Of a DNA stretch of 64,000 nt, positions 50,000-60,886 are shown piece after piece. The number at the start of each line of letters is the position of its first letter. Position 1 is the stretch's first letter. The DNA comes from Alphaproteobacteria bacterium (lineage in GTDB: Bacteria; Pseudomonadota; Alphaproteobacteria; CAAHEQ01; UBA3637): positions 42,692 through 106,691 of the forward strand of contig JAGCYU010000027.1 of assembly GCA_017960645.1 (NCBI GenBank), read 5' to 3'. Made by a program: the position numbers and the translations under genes. Under the pieces are notes generated by a model, which was not told the origin of the DNA, ran no database searches, and was given only the letters and a program-made list of their open reading frames with translations.

Positions 50000-50646
50000 T
50001 TTGCCCGATCTTCTTCGTTAAAAATAGGCTCTAATGAATTGGGTGCAACCCTTCCTGCTGGCACACCTTGTGCCCCACTTGATTCAAGCGCTTGCTGTTT
50101 TTCCTTTAATGCTTCCTGTTCTGCCAACTGTCTGGCTTTTTTAGCGCTTTCCACTTTGGTCCGTGTTTCCATAATAGCTGCCGTTGTTTGAGAAAGGTCA
50201 TCATTTGTCAAAAACTGTTCCAAGGTTAAAGCAAAACGCTCGGCATTTTTATTTCCATCCAGTGCTGCGATAAAACTCCATTTGTACGCGCTTAAATCAT
50301 CCTGAGGCAAATATTTTCCTTCGTTATACATACGCGCAAGCTCCAACTGTGCTTGATTATGTCCATCCAATGCTGCCACCAACAAACAATACGGTGCCTG
50401 TCTCTTAACGGACTCAATATCGCTTTTCAAAAAATTCATAGCACTTTGATACACTTCCTCTGTACTGGGCACAAATGCCCCACCTCGCACTTCGTCAAAA
50501 TAGGCGTCACATTCTGCCGGAATAGGAAGTGGAGTTTGGTCATCTGTAAAGGACCAAAACACCTCCTCGGCATTTACAGGGTGTGACATCAAACACACCC
50601 CCACACAAGCAACAACTGATTTCAATAAGTTATCAATCAAATCCAC
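49996..50646 (-). CDS. Secreted Sel1-like repeat (TPR-like) protein
   Basis: Signal peptide ending VNA. Contains Sel1-like repeat (LELARMYNEGKYLPQDDLSAYKWSFIAALDGNKNAE) and a C-terminal Glu/Ala-rich segment. Overlaps the downstream small gene by 4 nt. Confidence 0.55.
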   Translation of the reverse strand: MDLIDNLLKSVVACVGVCLMSHPVNAEEVFWSFTDDQTPLPIPAECDAYFDEVRGGAFVPSTEEVYQSAMNFLKSDIESVKRQAPYCLLVAALDGHNQAQLELARMYNEGKYLPQDDLSAYKWSFIAALDGNKNAERFALTLEQFLTNDDLSQTTAAIMETRTKVESAKKARQLAEQEALKEKQQALESSGAQGVPAGRVAPNSLEPIFNEEDRAK

Positions 50647-50698
50647 ACTCCCTTTTCTTTAGTCATACTCGTTTTTTTTACAAATAGCAAGCATTAAT

Positions 50699-52471
50699 TT
50701 ATTTTTTCCACCACGTCAAAATATCTAACCCACTTAAAGGGGTATATGAGGGGTGATCTAATGTATGCCATGTCAAACATTTTTGGGTCATCGCCGCCCA
50801 ATGCGGAACCACAATATGTTCGGCCAATAACACACGATCCAACGCCCGCGTCGCATTAACTAAATCGGCGCGATTTTCCACCGTAATAATTTTTTCAATC
50901 AAGGCATCTACAGCCGGATTTTTTAACCCACTGTAATTATAGGATCCTTCTGTATCCGCCGCAACACTCCCCCAATAATCGGCTTGTTCATTCCCAGGTG
51001 AAAGAGATTGGCCCCAAACAGCAACAATCATATCATAATCAAATTTATCTAATTTTGTTTTATATGCTAAACTATCCAACGTTTTAATAGAAGCTTGGAT
51101 GCCTAATTTTTTCAACTGTCCGATATAGGGCAAAATAACACGTTCCCAAGTTGGTGCCGCAGCGGCATCAACCAAAATTTCAAAAGCAAATGGCTGGCCA
51201 TCCTTTTGCAAAATACCTTTTTGCACTATCCATCCGGCATCCTTTAACAATGTCAACGCCTGTTGCAACGCCTCTCTGGGCTGAAGTTTTTTGGTTTGTA
51301 ACGGGCGCGTCAAAATATCATCTGGCAGCACATTCAAATACGGCTGCAATAACTTTTCCTCTGCCTTTTTGGGCAACCCAGACGCTTTAAAATCTGAATT
51401 ATCAAAAAAGCTGGTTAATCGCGTATAGGCATCATAGAACAATTTATCGTTAATCCAATCAAAATCCAACACCAAGCTTAAAGCCTCTCTGACTCGTCTA
51501 TCTTGAAACAACGGCCGCCTTAAGTTAAAAACAAAACCTTGCATCCCGCTGGGCAATTGATGGTGAAATTCTTCCATTTTTATTTTTCCAGATTTTACCA
51601 AATCCCATTCGCGACCTTGAACCCATTTTTTGGCTTCATTTTCAAAGCGCCAATCAATCAAACCAGATTTTAATGCTTCAACGGCGACAGTTGTGTCCCG
51701 ATACGTATCATACTTAATCCGTTCAAAATTATAAAAGCCTTTATTCACATTTAAATCTTTTGCCCAATAATTCGGATTTAATTTATAAGTTATGGAACGA
51801 TTCGGTTCAAATGACTCAATCATATAGGGACCGGAAGACACAGGGACTTCCAAAGTTGTTTGTGCAAAATTTTTATTTTCCCAATATTTTTTAGACAAAA
51901 CAGGCAACTGGCCCAAAACCAAAGGCAATTCACGATTTTTCTTGTCTGAATCAATATGAAAAATAATTGTTTGAGCATCTGGTGCTTCAACACGCTTTAT
52001 ATTCTGGTAATAGGTCCTGTATAATGGCGCACCATACTTTTTTAACATTTCAAAAGAAAAAGCAACATCTTCACTGGAAATTTTACTTCCGTCATTAAAA
52101 GTTGCTTTAGGATTCAACGAAAACGTCACTTTTGTTTTATCCGAACTCACATCTATTGTTTCAGCAATCAAACCATATAATGTGAAAGGCTCATCTGCAT
52201 TTGCTTTCATTAACGAATCGTGTGTTAAACTTATTCCTGCTGGCGAAATCCCTGTTATGATAAAGGGATTTAATGAATCAAACCCGGTATAAGAAGCAAG
52301 CTTTAATGTTCCACCTTTAGGTGCTTTTGGATTAACATAGGAAAAATGTGAAAAATCTTTTTTTAGGTTTGGCTCGCCCATAATAGCAATCCCATGCATT
52401 GGCTTTGCCCATACAACAGCAGACATAAAAATATATAAACACCCCAAACACAGCTTAATCGTTTTCTTCAT
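50699..52471 (-). CDS. ABC transporter substrate-binding protein, family 5 (YejA/OppA-like)
   Basis: ~590 aa, cluster-C SBP fold sequence. Start taken at the internal MKKTIKLCLGCLYIFMSAVVWA signal peptide. Confidence 0.8.
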   Translation of the reverse strand: MKKTIKLCLGCLYIFMSAVVWAKPMHGIAIMGEPNLKKDFSHFSYVNPKAPKGGTLKLASYTGFDSLNPFIITGISPAGISLTHDSLMKANADEPFTLYGLIAETIDVSSDKTKVTFSLNPKATFNDGSKISSEDVAFSFEMLKKYGAPLYRTYYQNIKRVEAPDAQTIIFHIDSDKKNRELPLVLGQLPVLSKKYWENKNFAQTTLEVPVSSGPYMIESFEPNRSITYKLNPNYWAKDLNVNKGFYNFERIKYDTYRDTTVAVEALKSGLIDWRFENEAKKWVQGREWDLVKSGKIKMEEFHHQLPSGMQGFVFNLRRPLFQDRRVREALSLVLDFDWINDKLFYDAYTRLTSFFDNSDFKASGLPKKAEEKLLQPYLNVLPDDILTRPLQTKKLQPREALQQALTLLKDAGWIVQKGILQKDGQPFAFEILVDAAAAPTWERVILPYIGQLKKLGIQASIKTLDSLAYKTKLDKFDYDMIVAVWGQSLSPGNEQADYWGSVAADTEGSYNYSGLKNPAVDALIEKIITVENRADLVNATRALDRVLLAEHIVVPHWAAMTQKCLTWHTLDHPSYTPLSGLDILTWWKK

Positions 52472-52778
52472 GAGACGATTCCACAAATGACACGTTAACC
52501 GAATCAGACATTGGCATGCCAGCATATTTTGAAATAAGTTCATCTTTTGCAATCGCAACTGTTTTTTCGGGTTTATCAGCGGTTGAACGTAAATCATTAA
52601 GTGTAAATCGATGGGATGTATTTACAGAAATGTCAGCTAATTTATCCAAAACAAACTCAATCAATCGCTTTTGTCGCCGTAATAAAAGCCAGGCATAAAC
52701 AACCAATATGAGGGCTAATACCCACACGCCAACACCTAAAAACAACAGTTCCCAAAATAAATATGGTGTCATTTTCAT
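52455..52778 (-). CDS. Small single-pass membrane protein (107 aa)
   Basis: One TM helix (LFLGVGVWVLALILVVYAWLLL), then a RRQKR stop-transfer and an acidic C-terminus. Sits immediately upstream of the SBP gene. Confidence 0.4.
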   Translation of the reverse strand: MKMTPYLFWELLFLGVGVWVLALILVVYAWLLLRRQKRLIEFVLDKLADISVNTSHRFTLNDLRSTADKPEKTVAIAKDELISKYAGMPMSDSVNVSFVESSHEEND

Positions 52779-52848
52779 CCTTTTTTAATACTGGACATTT
52801 AAAAGTATAACCTGTATAATAAAAAAAAGCAAACAATAAAGGTGAAAA

Positions 52849-53796
52849 ATGCAGTATTTAGATTTTGAACGATCCATTAAAGAAGTTGATGCTAAATTGG
52901 CCAAGTTAACTGTTGGTGAAAAAGCTTTGTTGGATAAGAATCAAGCCGAAGTTAAACGTCTTACACGCAAAAAGGACCGGTTGCTGTCTCTTGCCTACAA
53001 AAAGCTGACGCCTTGGCAGAAAGCACAAATTGCACGCCATGAAAATCGTCCCCATACATCAGATTATATTAAAGCAATATTCACGAATTTTGAGTTATTG
53101 TGCGGGGACAGATCTTGCGCAGAAGATGCAGCTATTATCGGTGGGTTTGCGAAATTAAATGGAAAAACTGTGATGGTTATCGGAACAGAAAAAGGTCATG
53201 ATATAGATACCCGCATTGAACATAACTTTGGAATGGCACGCCCCGAAGGTTATCGCAAAGCTATTCGTTTGATGAAATTAGCTGAGCAATTTCACGTTCC
53301 GGTCATCACGCTTATTGACACAGCGGGGGCTTTCCCTGGGGTTGAAGCGGAAGCGCATGGACAAGGACAAGCTATTGCCTCTTGCATAGAAACGTGCCTG
53401 AACTTAAGCGTCCCCGTTATTTCATGCATTATTGGAGAGGGCGGATCTGGCGGAGCTTTAGCTTTGGCCACCGGCAACAGTGTTTTGATGCTTTCAAACG
53501 CCATCTATTCTGTCATTTCTCCAGAAGGATGTGCTTCCATTTTATGGAAAGATTTTAAATATGCCAAAAAAGCTTGTTCAATTTTACACCTGACGGCAGA
53601 AGATATGATGAAGTTTGGTGTTATTGATGTCATGATTCAAGAACCTGTTGGTGGGGCGCATCGTTTTCCCGAGCAAACAACGCAATCCGTGCAAGGTGCT
53701 TTGGTTAAGCAATTATCTTTATTTGATAATATGGATGTCCAAGACTTAATTGCTCAAAGACATCAACGATTTTTACTCTTTAAAAAAGCTGGGTAA
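52849..53796 (+). CDS. accA: Acetyl-CoA carboxylase carboxyltransferase subunit alpha
   Basis: 315 aa, canonical AccA sequence (GGARMQEG-like block, crotonase fold). Confidence 0.93.
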   Translation: MQYLDFERSIKEVDAKLAKLTVGEKALLDKNQAEVKRLTRKKDRLLSLAYKKLTPWQKAQIARHENRPHTSDYIKAIFTNFELLCGDRSCAEDAAIIGGFAKLNGKTVMVIGTEKGHDIDTRIEHNFGMARPEGYRKAIRLMKLAEQFHVPVITLIDTAGAFPGVEAEAHGQGQAIASCIETCLNLSVPVISCIIGEGGSGGALALATGNSVLMLSNAIYSVISPEGCASILWKDFKYAKKACSILHLTAEDMMKFGVIDVMIQEPVGGAHRFPEQTTQSVQGALVKQLSLFDNMDVQDLIAQRHQRFLLFKKAG

Positions 53797-55284
53797 ATCA
53801 AATCCGTTTTCTGTATCGGGAAAAGCCGGTGCCGTCACGCTTTTAATAGGTGCTGGTTTTTCTTGACGCGCCTTCGGCGTACGCAAACTACGACTTAACC
53901 CCGGAACCAAATCAAACAAACTTGTTCTGGCGGGTTTAACATTCGCCTCTGCCGTTTTTGGTTGCATGTTAATTGGCGGAACCGTTGTTGGCGCTGTATC
54001 TACGTCAATTCCTATACCGATAGAAGGCGGCACATCCTTTAACAACGTATCTTGGGGAATCGTTGGCTCTTCTGTTGTTTCAACAACCAAGCTTTCCGAT
54101 ACATTTGGCGCCGCCGCCACCGGAGCAAATGCAACATCCGGCATTTGAATCAAGACAGGTTCTTCTTCGCTGGAAACAGGTGAATTATTTTGTTGTGCCG
54201 TAGCAGCACCCCCTTGATTCAAAGGAATTTCCGGGGGGATTACCTCTGTTTGAGGAGGATTTACCCTGTTCGCAGCATTCACAGAAACAACTGCTTCTGG
54301 ATGCTCGGCCAAACCTGTAGCAACAACAGATACTTGGATCGAACCTGCCAACGATTCATTCAATGTCGTTCCAAAAATAATATTTGCATCCGGAGGAACT
54401 TCCGCTGTAATTCGTTGGTTAATCGTATCCATCTCGGCCAAAGTTAAATCCATACCGGCACAAATATTGATTAAAACACTCTTGGCACCTTTAATAGAAG
54501 TATCATCCAACAACGGATTACATAAAGCTTTTTCGGCTGCAATCGTTGCTCTGTTTTCACCAGAAGCAATTCCGGATCCCATCATAGCGCGGCCCATAGA
54601 TTTAAGCACCGTTTTTAAATCGGCAAAATCCAAATTCACAATACCTGGATTCATAATTAAATCTGTAATGGAACGAACTCCTTGGCACAAAACATCGTCT
54701 GCCATTTTAAAAGCATCCGCAAAAGTCGTATCCGGCTTTGCCACGCGGAATAAATTTTGGTTTGGCACAATAATCATGGTATCTACATATTTTTTTAATT
54801 CATCAATACCGCCCATGGCAGTTTGCATACGCTTACGCCCCTCAAACATAAATGGCGTTGACACAACGGCAACTGTCATAATGCCCATCTCTTTAGCATA
54901 TGAAGCAATAACTGGCAATGCACCAGTTCCTGTGCCACCACCCATACCGGCTGTCAAAAACAATAAATGTAAACCTTGAATAGCTTCTTTAATTTTGTCA
55001 GCAGACTCTTCAGCAGAAGCTTTTCCAACTTCTGGATGCGCACCAGCTCCCAATCCTTGTGTTGTTTTAACTCCTAATTGAATTTTTTCAGATACTAAGG
55101 ATTTTGATAATGCTTGAGCATCTGTATTCGCGGCAAAAAAACTGACACCAACCAAACCAGATGAAATCATATTATTCACAGCATTTCCACCAGCACCACC
55201 AACACCTATCACTCCAATATTCGGTGTTAATAAAACCTCTGGTGGAGGTGTCGCCAAACCAATATTCAAACCAGATTCTGGCAT
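53773..55284 (-). CDS. ftsZ: Cell division protein FtsZ (with long alphaproteobacterial C-terminal linker)
   Basis: [10 protein letters not shown] and GGGTGTGA tubulin motifs, then a ~180-aa Pro/Ala-rich linker and a conserved C-terminal peptide (DLPSFF). The ORF extends to 55329; the M at 55284 fits the Rickettsiales-type N-terminus and abuts the ftsA stop. Confidence 0.9.
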   Translation of the reverse strand: MPESGLNIGLATPPPEVLLTPNIGVIGVGGAGGNAVNNMISSGLVGVSFFAANTDAQALSKSLVSEKIQLGVKTTQGLGAGAHPEVGKASAEESADKIKEAIQGLHLLFLTAGMGGGTGTGALPVIASYAKEMGIMTVAVVSTPFMFEGRKRMQTAMGGIDELKKYVDTMIIVPNQNLFRVAKPDTTFADAFKMADDVLCQGVRSITDLIMNPGIVNLDFADLKTVLKSMGRAMMGSGIASGENRATIAAEKALCNPLLDDTSIKGAKSVLINICAGMDLTLAEMDTINQRITAEVPPDANIIFGTTLNESLAGSIQVSVVATGLAEHPEAVVSVNAANRVNPPQTEVIPPEIPLNQGGAATAQQNNSPVSSEEEPVLIQMPDVAFAPVAAAPNVSESLVVETTEEPTIPQDTLLKDVPPSIGIGIDVDTAPTTVPPINMQPKTAEANVKPARTSLFDLVPGLSRSLRTPKARQEKPAPIKSVTAPAFPDTENGFDLPSFFKE

Positions 55285-55286
55285 TT

Positions 55287-56531
55287 CTACAGATGTCGTT
55301 TCAGCCATTCTTTTATCCTTCCTAACCAATTACTCGACGCAGATCGCGATTGGAAATCATCATATAATTTATCCTGACACCATAACATGGCGTACACCAA
55401 CAAACCTGCGCATACATTAAATGTACACGAATCGTATTCATTTGGCAAGTTTTTTATTTGTTTTATATGTCCAATCCGTGCAGGCCCACCCAAAATACTG
55501 GTCACTTTTTCTTGAATACCGGCAAATCCGGCGCCCCCGCCGGTTAATACAAAGCGACGCGCTACACTGGAAAAAGTTTCATCCTCATCCAATACATCCT
55601 GCACAGAAGTCAAAATATTTTCCAATTCTGGCACAACCACAGAAATTAAATCAGACCGCATAATTTGAATATTAGCACCTGTGTCATCCCCTAAAATAGG
55701 AACAATGACAGGGTCAACTTCATCCCGCGGGGATAAAAATGCCGCACCATTCAAAATTTTCATCCGCTCAGCATTTTTTAAGTCCGTATTCAATGTTTGA
55801 GCTAAGGTCCGTGTAATCTGATTTCCTCCTTTTGGGATCACACCTAATTGCATAATACCACCACCAAGCAAAATAGCATAGCTTGTCATCCCGGCTCCAA
55901 GATCCAAGACTGTTGCGCCTAAATCCATTTCATCTTCTGTCAAGACAGATAAAGCGGCGGCATAAGGTGTTGCAACCTTGACAGCAACATTCACATGGCA
56001 CCAATCCAAAACCTTTAACAGATTTAATGTTTGTGTTTCCGGGATTGTGATCACATGCAATCGTGCCCCCAATGTATTCCCATGAAGCCCACGAGGATCT
56101 GTATGTCCTTGCTCTCTGTCCACGACATATCCAACGGGAATAGCATGCAATACTTCTTCCCCGGCAGGAATCTGATTTTTCAACATGCCGTCCACCAAAT
56201 TTTTAACATCCTCAGCACTAATTGCACGCCCGCCAGGAATATCCATCTCCTGATAAAGCTGGATTGATTTTAATTGGCTGGATGAAATATTAACAAAAAC
56301 AGAAGTAATAGGTCGCTTGGCCATTTTTTCGGCGTGTCGCAAAGCCTCATCAATACATATCTTTGCGCTTTCGGTATCCCAAATAGCGCCCGCCTGAATC
56401 CCCTTAGCCGGCACACAACTATAGCCAATAATTTCTGGATGATTACCTTCCTTTATTTTGGCCATCAAACAAGCAATTTTAGATGTACCAATATCTAGTA
56501 CCGTTATGACAGATTTTCCTTTTGCTGTCAT
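55287..56531 (-). CDS. ftsA: Cell division protein FtsA
   Basis: Actin-like ATPase, 414 aa, upstream of ftsZ. Confidence 0.92.
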   Translation of the reverse strand: MTAKGKSVITVLDIGTSKIACLMAKIKEGNHPEIIGYSCVPAKGIQAGAIWDTESAKICIDEALRHAEKMAKRPITSVFVNISSSQLKSIQLYQEMDIPGGRAISAEDVKNLVDGMLKNQIPAGEEVLHAIPVGYVVDREQGHTDPRGLHGNTLGARLHVITIPETQTLNLLKVLDWCHVNVAVKVATPYAAALSVLTEDEMDLGATVLDLGAGMTSYAILLGGGIMQLGVIPKGGNQITRTLAQTLNTDLKNAERMKILNGAAFLSPRDEVDPVIVPILGDDTGANIQIMRSDLISVVVPELENILTSVQDVLDEDETFSSVARRFVLTGGGAGFAGIQEKVTSILGGPARIGHIKQIKNLPNEYDSCTFNVCAGLLVYAMLWCQDKLYDDFQSRSASSNWLGRIKEWLKRHL

Positions 56532-57340
56532 TTTTTCTTCCCCTTTACCTGTTTTTTCATCTCCTCTATCGGTTTTAAAATGATTTTATCTTTTTGCCTC
56601 ATGTCTATTGCAGATACTTTTCGCTTTAATATTTTTTCTTCCCGTTCTGCTTTAGATAAACGCTGTAAAGCGGATAAAACATCCTCATCTTCTGGCAACA
56701 TAACTTTAACCCCTTTTTCCACATCAAATAATTTTAAATCCCAACGCCGATTTCCTATACGAACAGCAGCACGCACGTATTGATATATATCAGGTGTCTG
56801 CTCTAAGTTCTGTAATAACTCCAACAACTTTTCAGGCGCTTGAGAGCCAACAACCAATAATAAATCTGAAGGCATTTTTTTACCTGTTTGAATTGGTTGA
56901 GCCAATTCATCCAGCGGATGATATTTTTTATTATTTTGCCAAATTGCAGTGGGAACTTTTTCCTGAATAGAAATGTACAAAGTATCGGGCAAATACCGTT
57001 CAACAACACACGTGCGCACCCATGGCAATTGTTCTATGCGTTGACGAATAACATCCAGATCTATATGAAAAATAGAATCTCCTTGCGTCAAACCAATAGC
57101 TTGTTCAATATCAGCTCCGCTCGTATAATGTGCCTCTTGTGCCCACAAAATATTGATTTGAGCAACTCGCAATTGTGCTTTACTTTCAACAGTATCACCA
57201 ACATCTTTCATCCAGTGCATTGTAGCACGACCGGCATCAGAAGACATAAAAGCCAATAAGCTAATGACGACCGCCAAAACACCTAAAAATTTTAAACGTG
57301 TTTTCAATGACCATTTAAAGATATTCGTTTTTAAGTGCAT
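56528..57340 (-). CDS. ftsQ: Cell division protein FtsQ
   Basis: N-terminal TM, POTRA and beta domains. 4-nt overlap with ftsA. Confidence 0.85.
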   Translation of the reverse strand: MHLKTNIFKWSLKTRLKFLGVLAVVISLLAFMSSDAGRATMHWMKDVGDTVESKAQLRVAQINILWAQEAHYTSGADIEQAIGLTQGDSIFHIDLDVIRQRIEQLPWVRTCVVERYLPDTLYISIQEKVPTAIWQNNKKYHPLDELAQPIQTGKKMPSDLLLVVGSQAPEKLLELLQNLEQTPDIYQYVRAAVRIGNRRWDLKLFDVEKGVKVMLPEDEDVLSALQRLSKAEREEKILKRKVSAIDMRQKDKIILKPIEEMKKQVKGKKK

Positions 57341-57506
57341 TATCCCTCCAGCGAAGCAACTGTGACGTTATCATATCTTATTTTTTTATTTTTTGCAATA
57401 TCCACTTTCAAAGAAAAAGCCGTTATTTCAAGATTTATATTCATTTTTAATCTGTGGATTCTTTTAGTGCCCAGTGACAAAAAATTTCCAAGAAAAAAAC
57501 AAAATT

Positions 57507-58412
57507 TCAGATACTATCTTTTCCTAAAATCTTTATTTCACATTCCAATTTTATACCTGTTTTTTGCAATACTTTTTCTTGTGCAAAAGAAATTAAATTT
57601 TCTAAATCCTCTGCCGAAGCAGTTCCTGTATTAATCAAAAAATTGGGATGTTTTTCGGAAAACTTAGCGCCATTAAGGGTATAACCTCGCAATCCTGCTT
57701 CATCCAACAATTTCCAAGCGCTGAAATCTGGCGAATTTTTAAAAGTAGAACCCGCTGTGCGCACGCCCTGAGGTTGAGAGGATTGACGTTTTTCTTTATA
57801 AAGTTGCATTTGGTTTAAAATTTGTTGATTTGTTGCTTCTTTTTGGCCTTGCAATTTTGCTTCAAGACATATTTCATCGGATGGCAACGCGCAAGACCTA
57901 TATCCAAAAATATTTTCTTGTTTAGGGTAATACTTTTTGATAATTCCATTATGATCTATCGTGACTAACTCAACTGTGATTTTTCCTAAATCCGCGCCAT
58001 AAGCGCCTGCATTTGTCCGAAAACCGCCTCCCAATGTTCCGGGAATCCCAACCATAAATTCAAAACCAGAAATACAGGCCTTTGCCGCAACTTTTGCCAT
58101 TTCCATCAATGATGCCGCCGCACCACAAATCAAAATATCTTCATGAATTTCGATATTGGTAAAAGATTTTGGCAAATGAATCACTAAACCATCTATGCCA
58201 CCATCTCGGATTAAAACATTGCTTCCAGCACCCAACATTGTAACTGCTAATTGATTTTGATATGCATATTGCAAAGCTTGTTTTAATTCTTGCGCATCAT
58301 TTGGCTCAATATAGTATTCGGCATTGCCCCCCACGCCAAACCACGTTTTATTTTTTAATGATACGTTCTTTTGCATGTTCATTTGGCTGTCCACAAACGT
58401 CCCATCACTCAT
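57507..58412 (-). CDS. murB: UDP-N-acetylenolpyruvoylglucosamine reductase
   Basis: FAD-binding GVGGNAEYY motif plus catalytic S/E. Start at the ATG overlapping the murC stop (ATGAGTGA); the ORF extends to 58493. Confidence 0.88.
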   Translation of the reverse strand: MSDGTFVDSQMNMQKNVSLKNKTWFGVGGNAEYYIEPNDAQELKQALQYAYQNQLAVTMLGAGSNVLIRDGGIDGLVIHLPKSFTNIEIHEDILICGAAASLMEMAKVAAKACISGFEFMVGIPGTLGGGFRTNAGAYGADLGKITVELVTIDHNGIIKKYYPKQENIFGYRSCALPSDEICLEAKLQGQKEATNQQILNQMQLYKEKRQSSQPQGVRTAGSTFKNSPDFSAWKLLDEAGLRGYTLNGAKFSEKHPNFLINTGTASAEDLENLISFAQEKVLQKTGIKLECEIKILGKDSI

Positions 58413-59787
58413 ATTTTTTGCCACCCAACAACAAGGGAAGTTCGCGTGCAGCGCCTGAAATAGATCCAGCCCCCAAACATACAACGCAATCATTCGGCTC
58501 TATTTTATCCTTTAAATCTTCCGCCAAAGTTTCAACAGAAGTTTTAAAAGCGGGTTTGTTTTTTTGCATTTCCATCACAAATGCTTCCACAGAAACAGTT
58601 TGCAATGGGGACTCCCCTGCTGCATAAACATCTGTCACCCCAACCATATCTGCTGCATCAAAAGCTTGTAAAAAATCTTGATATAAATTGCTAAATCGCG
58701 TCCACCGATGAGGTTGCCACACAGCAATTAATCGCCCTTTCGTTTGCGCTTTTAACGCCGCTAAGGATGCCCTTATCTCGTTTGGATGATGGGCATAATC
58801 ATCATAAATTGGTACATTTTGTTTTGTCATGCCACGTAAAGAAAGCCGCCGTTGAACACCTTGAAAACTGGCAAGTGTTTGTTTAATAACATCATCGCTT
58901 ATGCCTAAGCGTACAGCAACAGCAACTGCGGCCAGTGCGTTTTGTATATTGTGCATCCCCAGCATATTTAATATGACATCTTTTATAATTCTTTCGTCTT
59001 GATTCAGTTTCACTTGAACATCAAACTGGGTTCCATTAAATGTTGTTTGAATATTACACGCCATAACATTTGCAGAACTATCCAAGCCATAGGAGATAAC
59101 CTCTTTTCCCTGAACACAGGGCAATATTTCCTTAATTACTGGAGGATCCAAACATACAACATTAAAACCTGTTGTTTGATTTAAAAATGTTAAAAAGGCC
59201 TGTTTTTCATTTTCAAACGTTTTGTAATAATCCAAGTGTTCTGGATCAATATTGGTTACCACAGAAATGGAAGAGGGCAACCGCAAAAAAGAACCATCCG
59301 ATTCGTCTGCCTCAGCCACAATCCAATCCCCCGATCCAACATGAGCATTAGATTTATAAGCATTTAAAATCCCACCGATGATAAAACTGGGTTGCATTTT
59401 TGCTTCCGATAACATGCAAGCAATCAAAGAAGATGTCGTTGTTTTTCCATGCGTTCCTGCAACACAAATACTTTGCTTTAATTTCAACAACTCTGCTAAC
59501 ATTTCAGCTCTATGCATAACAGGAATATTTTTATTTTTCGCCGCGGTCACTTCTATATTATTAACTGTTGCGGTTGAAATAACAACACAATCTGCATCCT
59601 TCAAGTTATTCGAATCATGACCAATCATAACGTCAACGCCTAAAGCACACAAACGCTTCGTGTTATCGTTTTCTTTATCATTTGATCCTTGAACTTTTAC
59701 ACCTTCGGCTTGCAACATTTCTGCAACACCACTCATACCAATGCCACCTATACCAATAAAGTGAACATTTTTAAAAGACAATACCAT
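58405..59787 (-). CDS. murC: UDP-N-acetylmuramate--L-alanine ligase
   Basis: HFIGIGGIGMSG N-terminus, GTHGKTTT P-loop, 460 aa. Confidence 0.93.
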   Translation of the reverse strand: MVLSFKNVHFIGIGGIGMSGVAEMLQAEGVKVQGSNDKENDNTKRLCALGVDVMIGHDSNNLKDADCVVISTATVNNIEVTAAKNKNIPVMHRAEMLAELLKLKQSICVAGTHGKTTTSSLIACMLSEAKMQPSFIIGGILNAYKSNAHVGSGDWIVAEADESDGSFLRLPSSISVVTNIDPEHLDYYKTFENEKQAFLTFLNQTTGFNVVCLDPPVIKEILPCVQGKEVISYGLDSSANVMACNIQTTFNGTQFDVQVKLNQDERIIKDVILNMLGMHNIQNALAAVAVAVRLGISDDVIKQTLASFQGVQRRLSLRGMTKQNVPIYDDYAHHPNEIRASLAALKAQTKGRLIAVWQPHRWTRFSNLYQDFLQAFDAADMVGVTDVYAAGESPLQTVSVEAFVMEMQKNKPAFKTSVETLAEDLKDKIEPNDCVVCLGAGSISGAARELPLLLGGKKYE

Positions 59788-59788
59788 A

Positions 59789-60886
59789 TTACCCTCCGTC
59801 TTTTAAAAGATCTTGTACAACATCCGCTATCCGATCAGCCGCATTCAAAATAGCTAATTGTTGAGCACGTTTTGCCGTCTCTTGCAATTGCTCTGGATGC
59901 ATCAACCAATCGGTTAATTGTTTTGCCAAACTTTCGGCATTAAAATCTTTTTCCTGTAAAACCCAACCCGCATTATTTTGAGTCAATAAACATGCATTTT
60001 CATATTGATGATTATCTGCCGCTGTAGGGAGCGGAATAATCAGTGCAGGACGCCCCACCGTCATCACCTCTGTCAAAGTTCCTGCTCCGCCACGACCAAT
60101 AACCAAATGACTAGCCGCCAATAATTCCGGCATATTATTAAAGAATGAATTTATCTCTAAAGAATGAAAATTTGCATTTTGATATTTAGTTCTTAATGCA
60201 TCCATATCTTCAGGTCTTGCCTGTTGCGTTAAATTGATTTTTTTTCTTAATTCTTCCGGCAACAACATCAATGCATCAGCCAATTGATTGCTAAAAAAGT
60301 GTGCCCCTTGACTGCCACCAAAAATCAATACATTCAATTCAGTATCTATAGCAGGAAAGGGTGTATTTGCTTTTGCCAAAGTAGGCTCTCTGACAGGTTG
60401 ACCTACTTGAAATATTGGCTTATTTGCCGTATTTTTTTTCACAAAAGGAAATGTGGTTGCAATCAATTTTGTACCACGAGCCAAAATGCGGTTCGCACGG
60501 CCCAAAACAGAATTTTGCTCATGCAAAATAGTCGGAATATGCATCACTTGAGCGGCCATAACCGCCGGGATAGAGGCATACCCGCCAAATCCAATCACTA
60601 ACTTTGGTTTGATTTTACGTAGCAAAAACAAGGCTTGAACCGAACCGGCAATTAATTTCGCAAACCCTACAAACTTGCCAACAATATTGCGCCCAGTGAT
60701 TGATTCCGCACACAATCTGTATGTGGCAACATTTTCTAATTGCCGAAAAGCGCTGCCGCGTTTGTCCGTAATAAAAACAACTGTATAACCTTTTTTTATT
60801 AATGCTGCAGCACACGCTTCTGCGGGGAAAATATGTCCCCCAGATCCTCCCGTCGTCAACACAATAATATTTTGCTTCTCCGTCAT
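59789..60886 (-). CDS. murG: Undecaprenyldiphospho-muramoylpentapeptide beta-N-acetylglucosaminyltransferase
   Basis: TGGSGGHIFPA N-terminus, GT-B fold, 365 aa. Confidence 0.93.
   Translation of the reverse strand: MTEKQNIIVLTTGGSGGHIFPAEACAAALIKKGYTVVFITDKRGSAFRQLENVATYRLCAESITGRNIVGKFVGFAKLIAGSVQALFLLRKIKPKLVIGFGGYASIPAVMAAQVMHIPTILHEQNSVLGRANRILARGTKLIATTFPFVKKNTANKPIFQVGQPVREPTLAKANTPFPAIDTELNVLIFGGSQGAHFFSNQLADALMLLPEELRKKINLTQQARPEDMDALRTKYQNANFHSLEINSFFNNMPELLAASHLVIGRGGAGTLTEVMTVGRPALIIPLPTAADNHQYENACLLTQNNAGWVLQEKDFNAESLAKQLTDWLMHPEQLQETAKRAQQLAILNAADRIADVVQDLLKDGG

Noticed and set aside
57341-57506. Possible ddl remnant or pseudogene between murB and ftsQ.
   Set aside because: Only 166 nt of AT-rich non-coding sequence is present, with no Ddl-like reading frame. 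The only ORF here (57335-57634, plus strand) is a hydrophobic low-complexity artefact.
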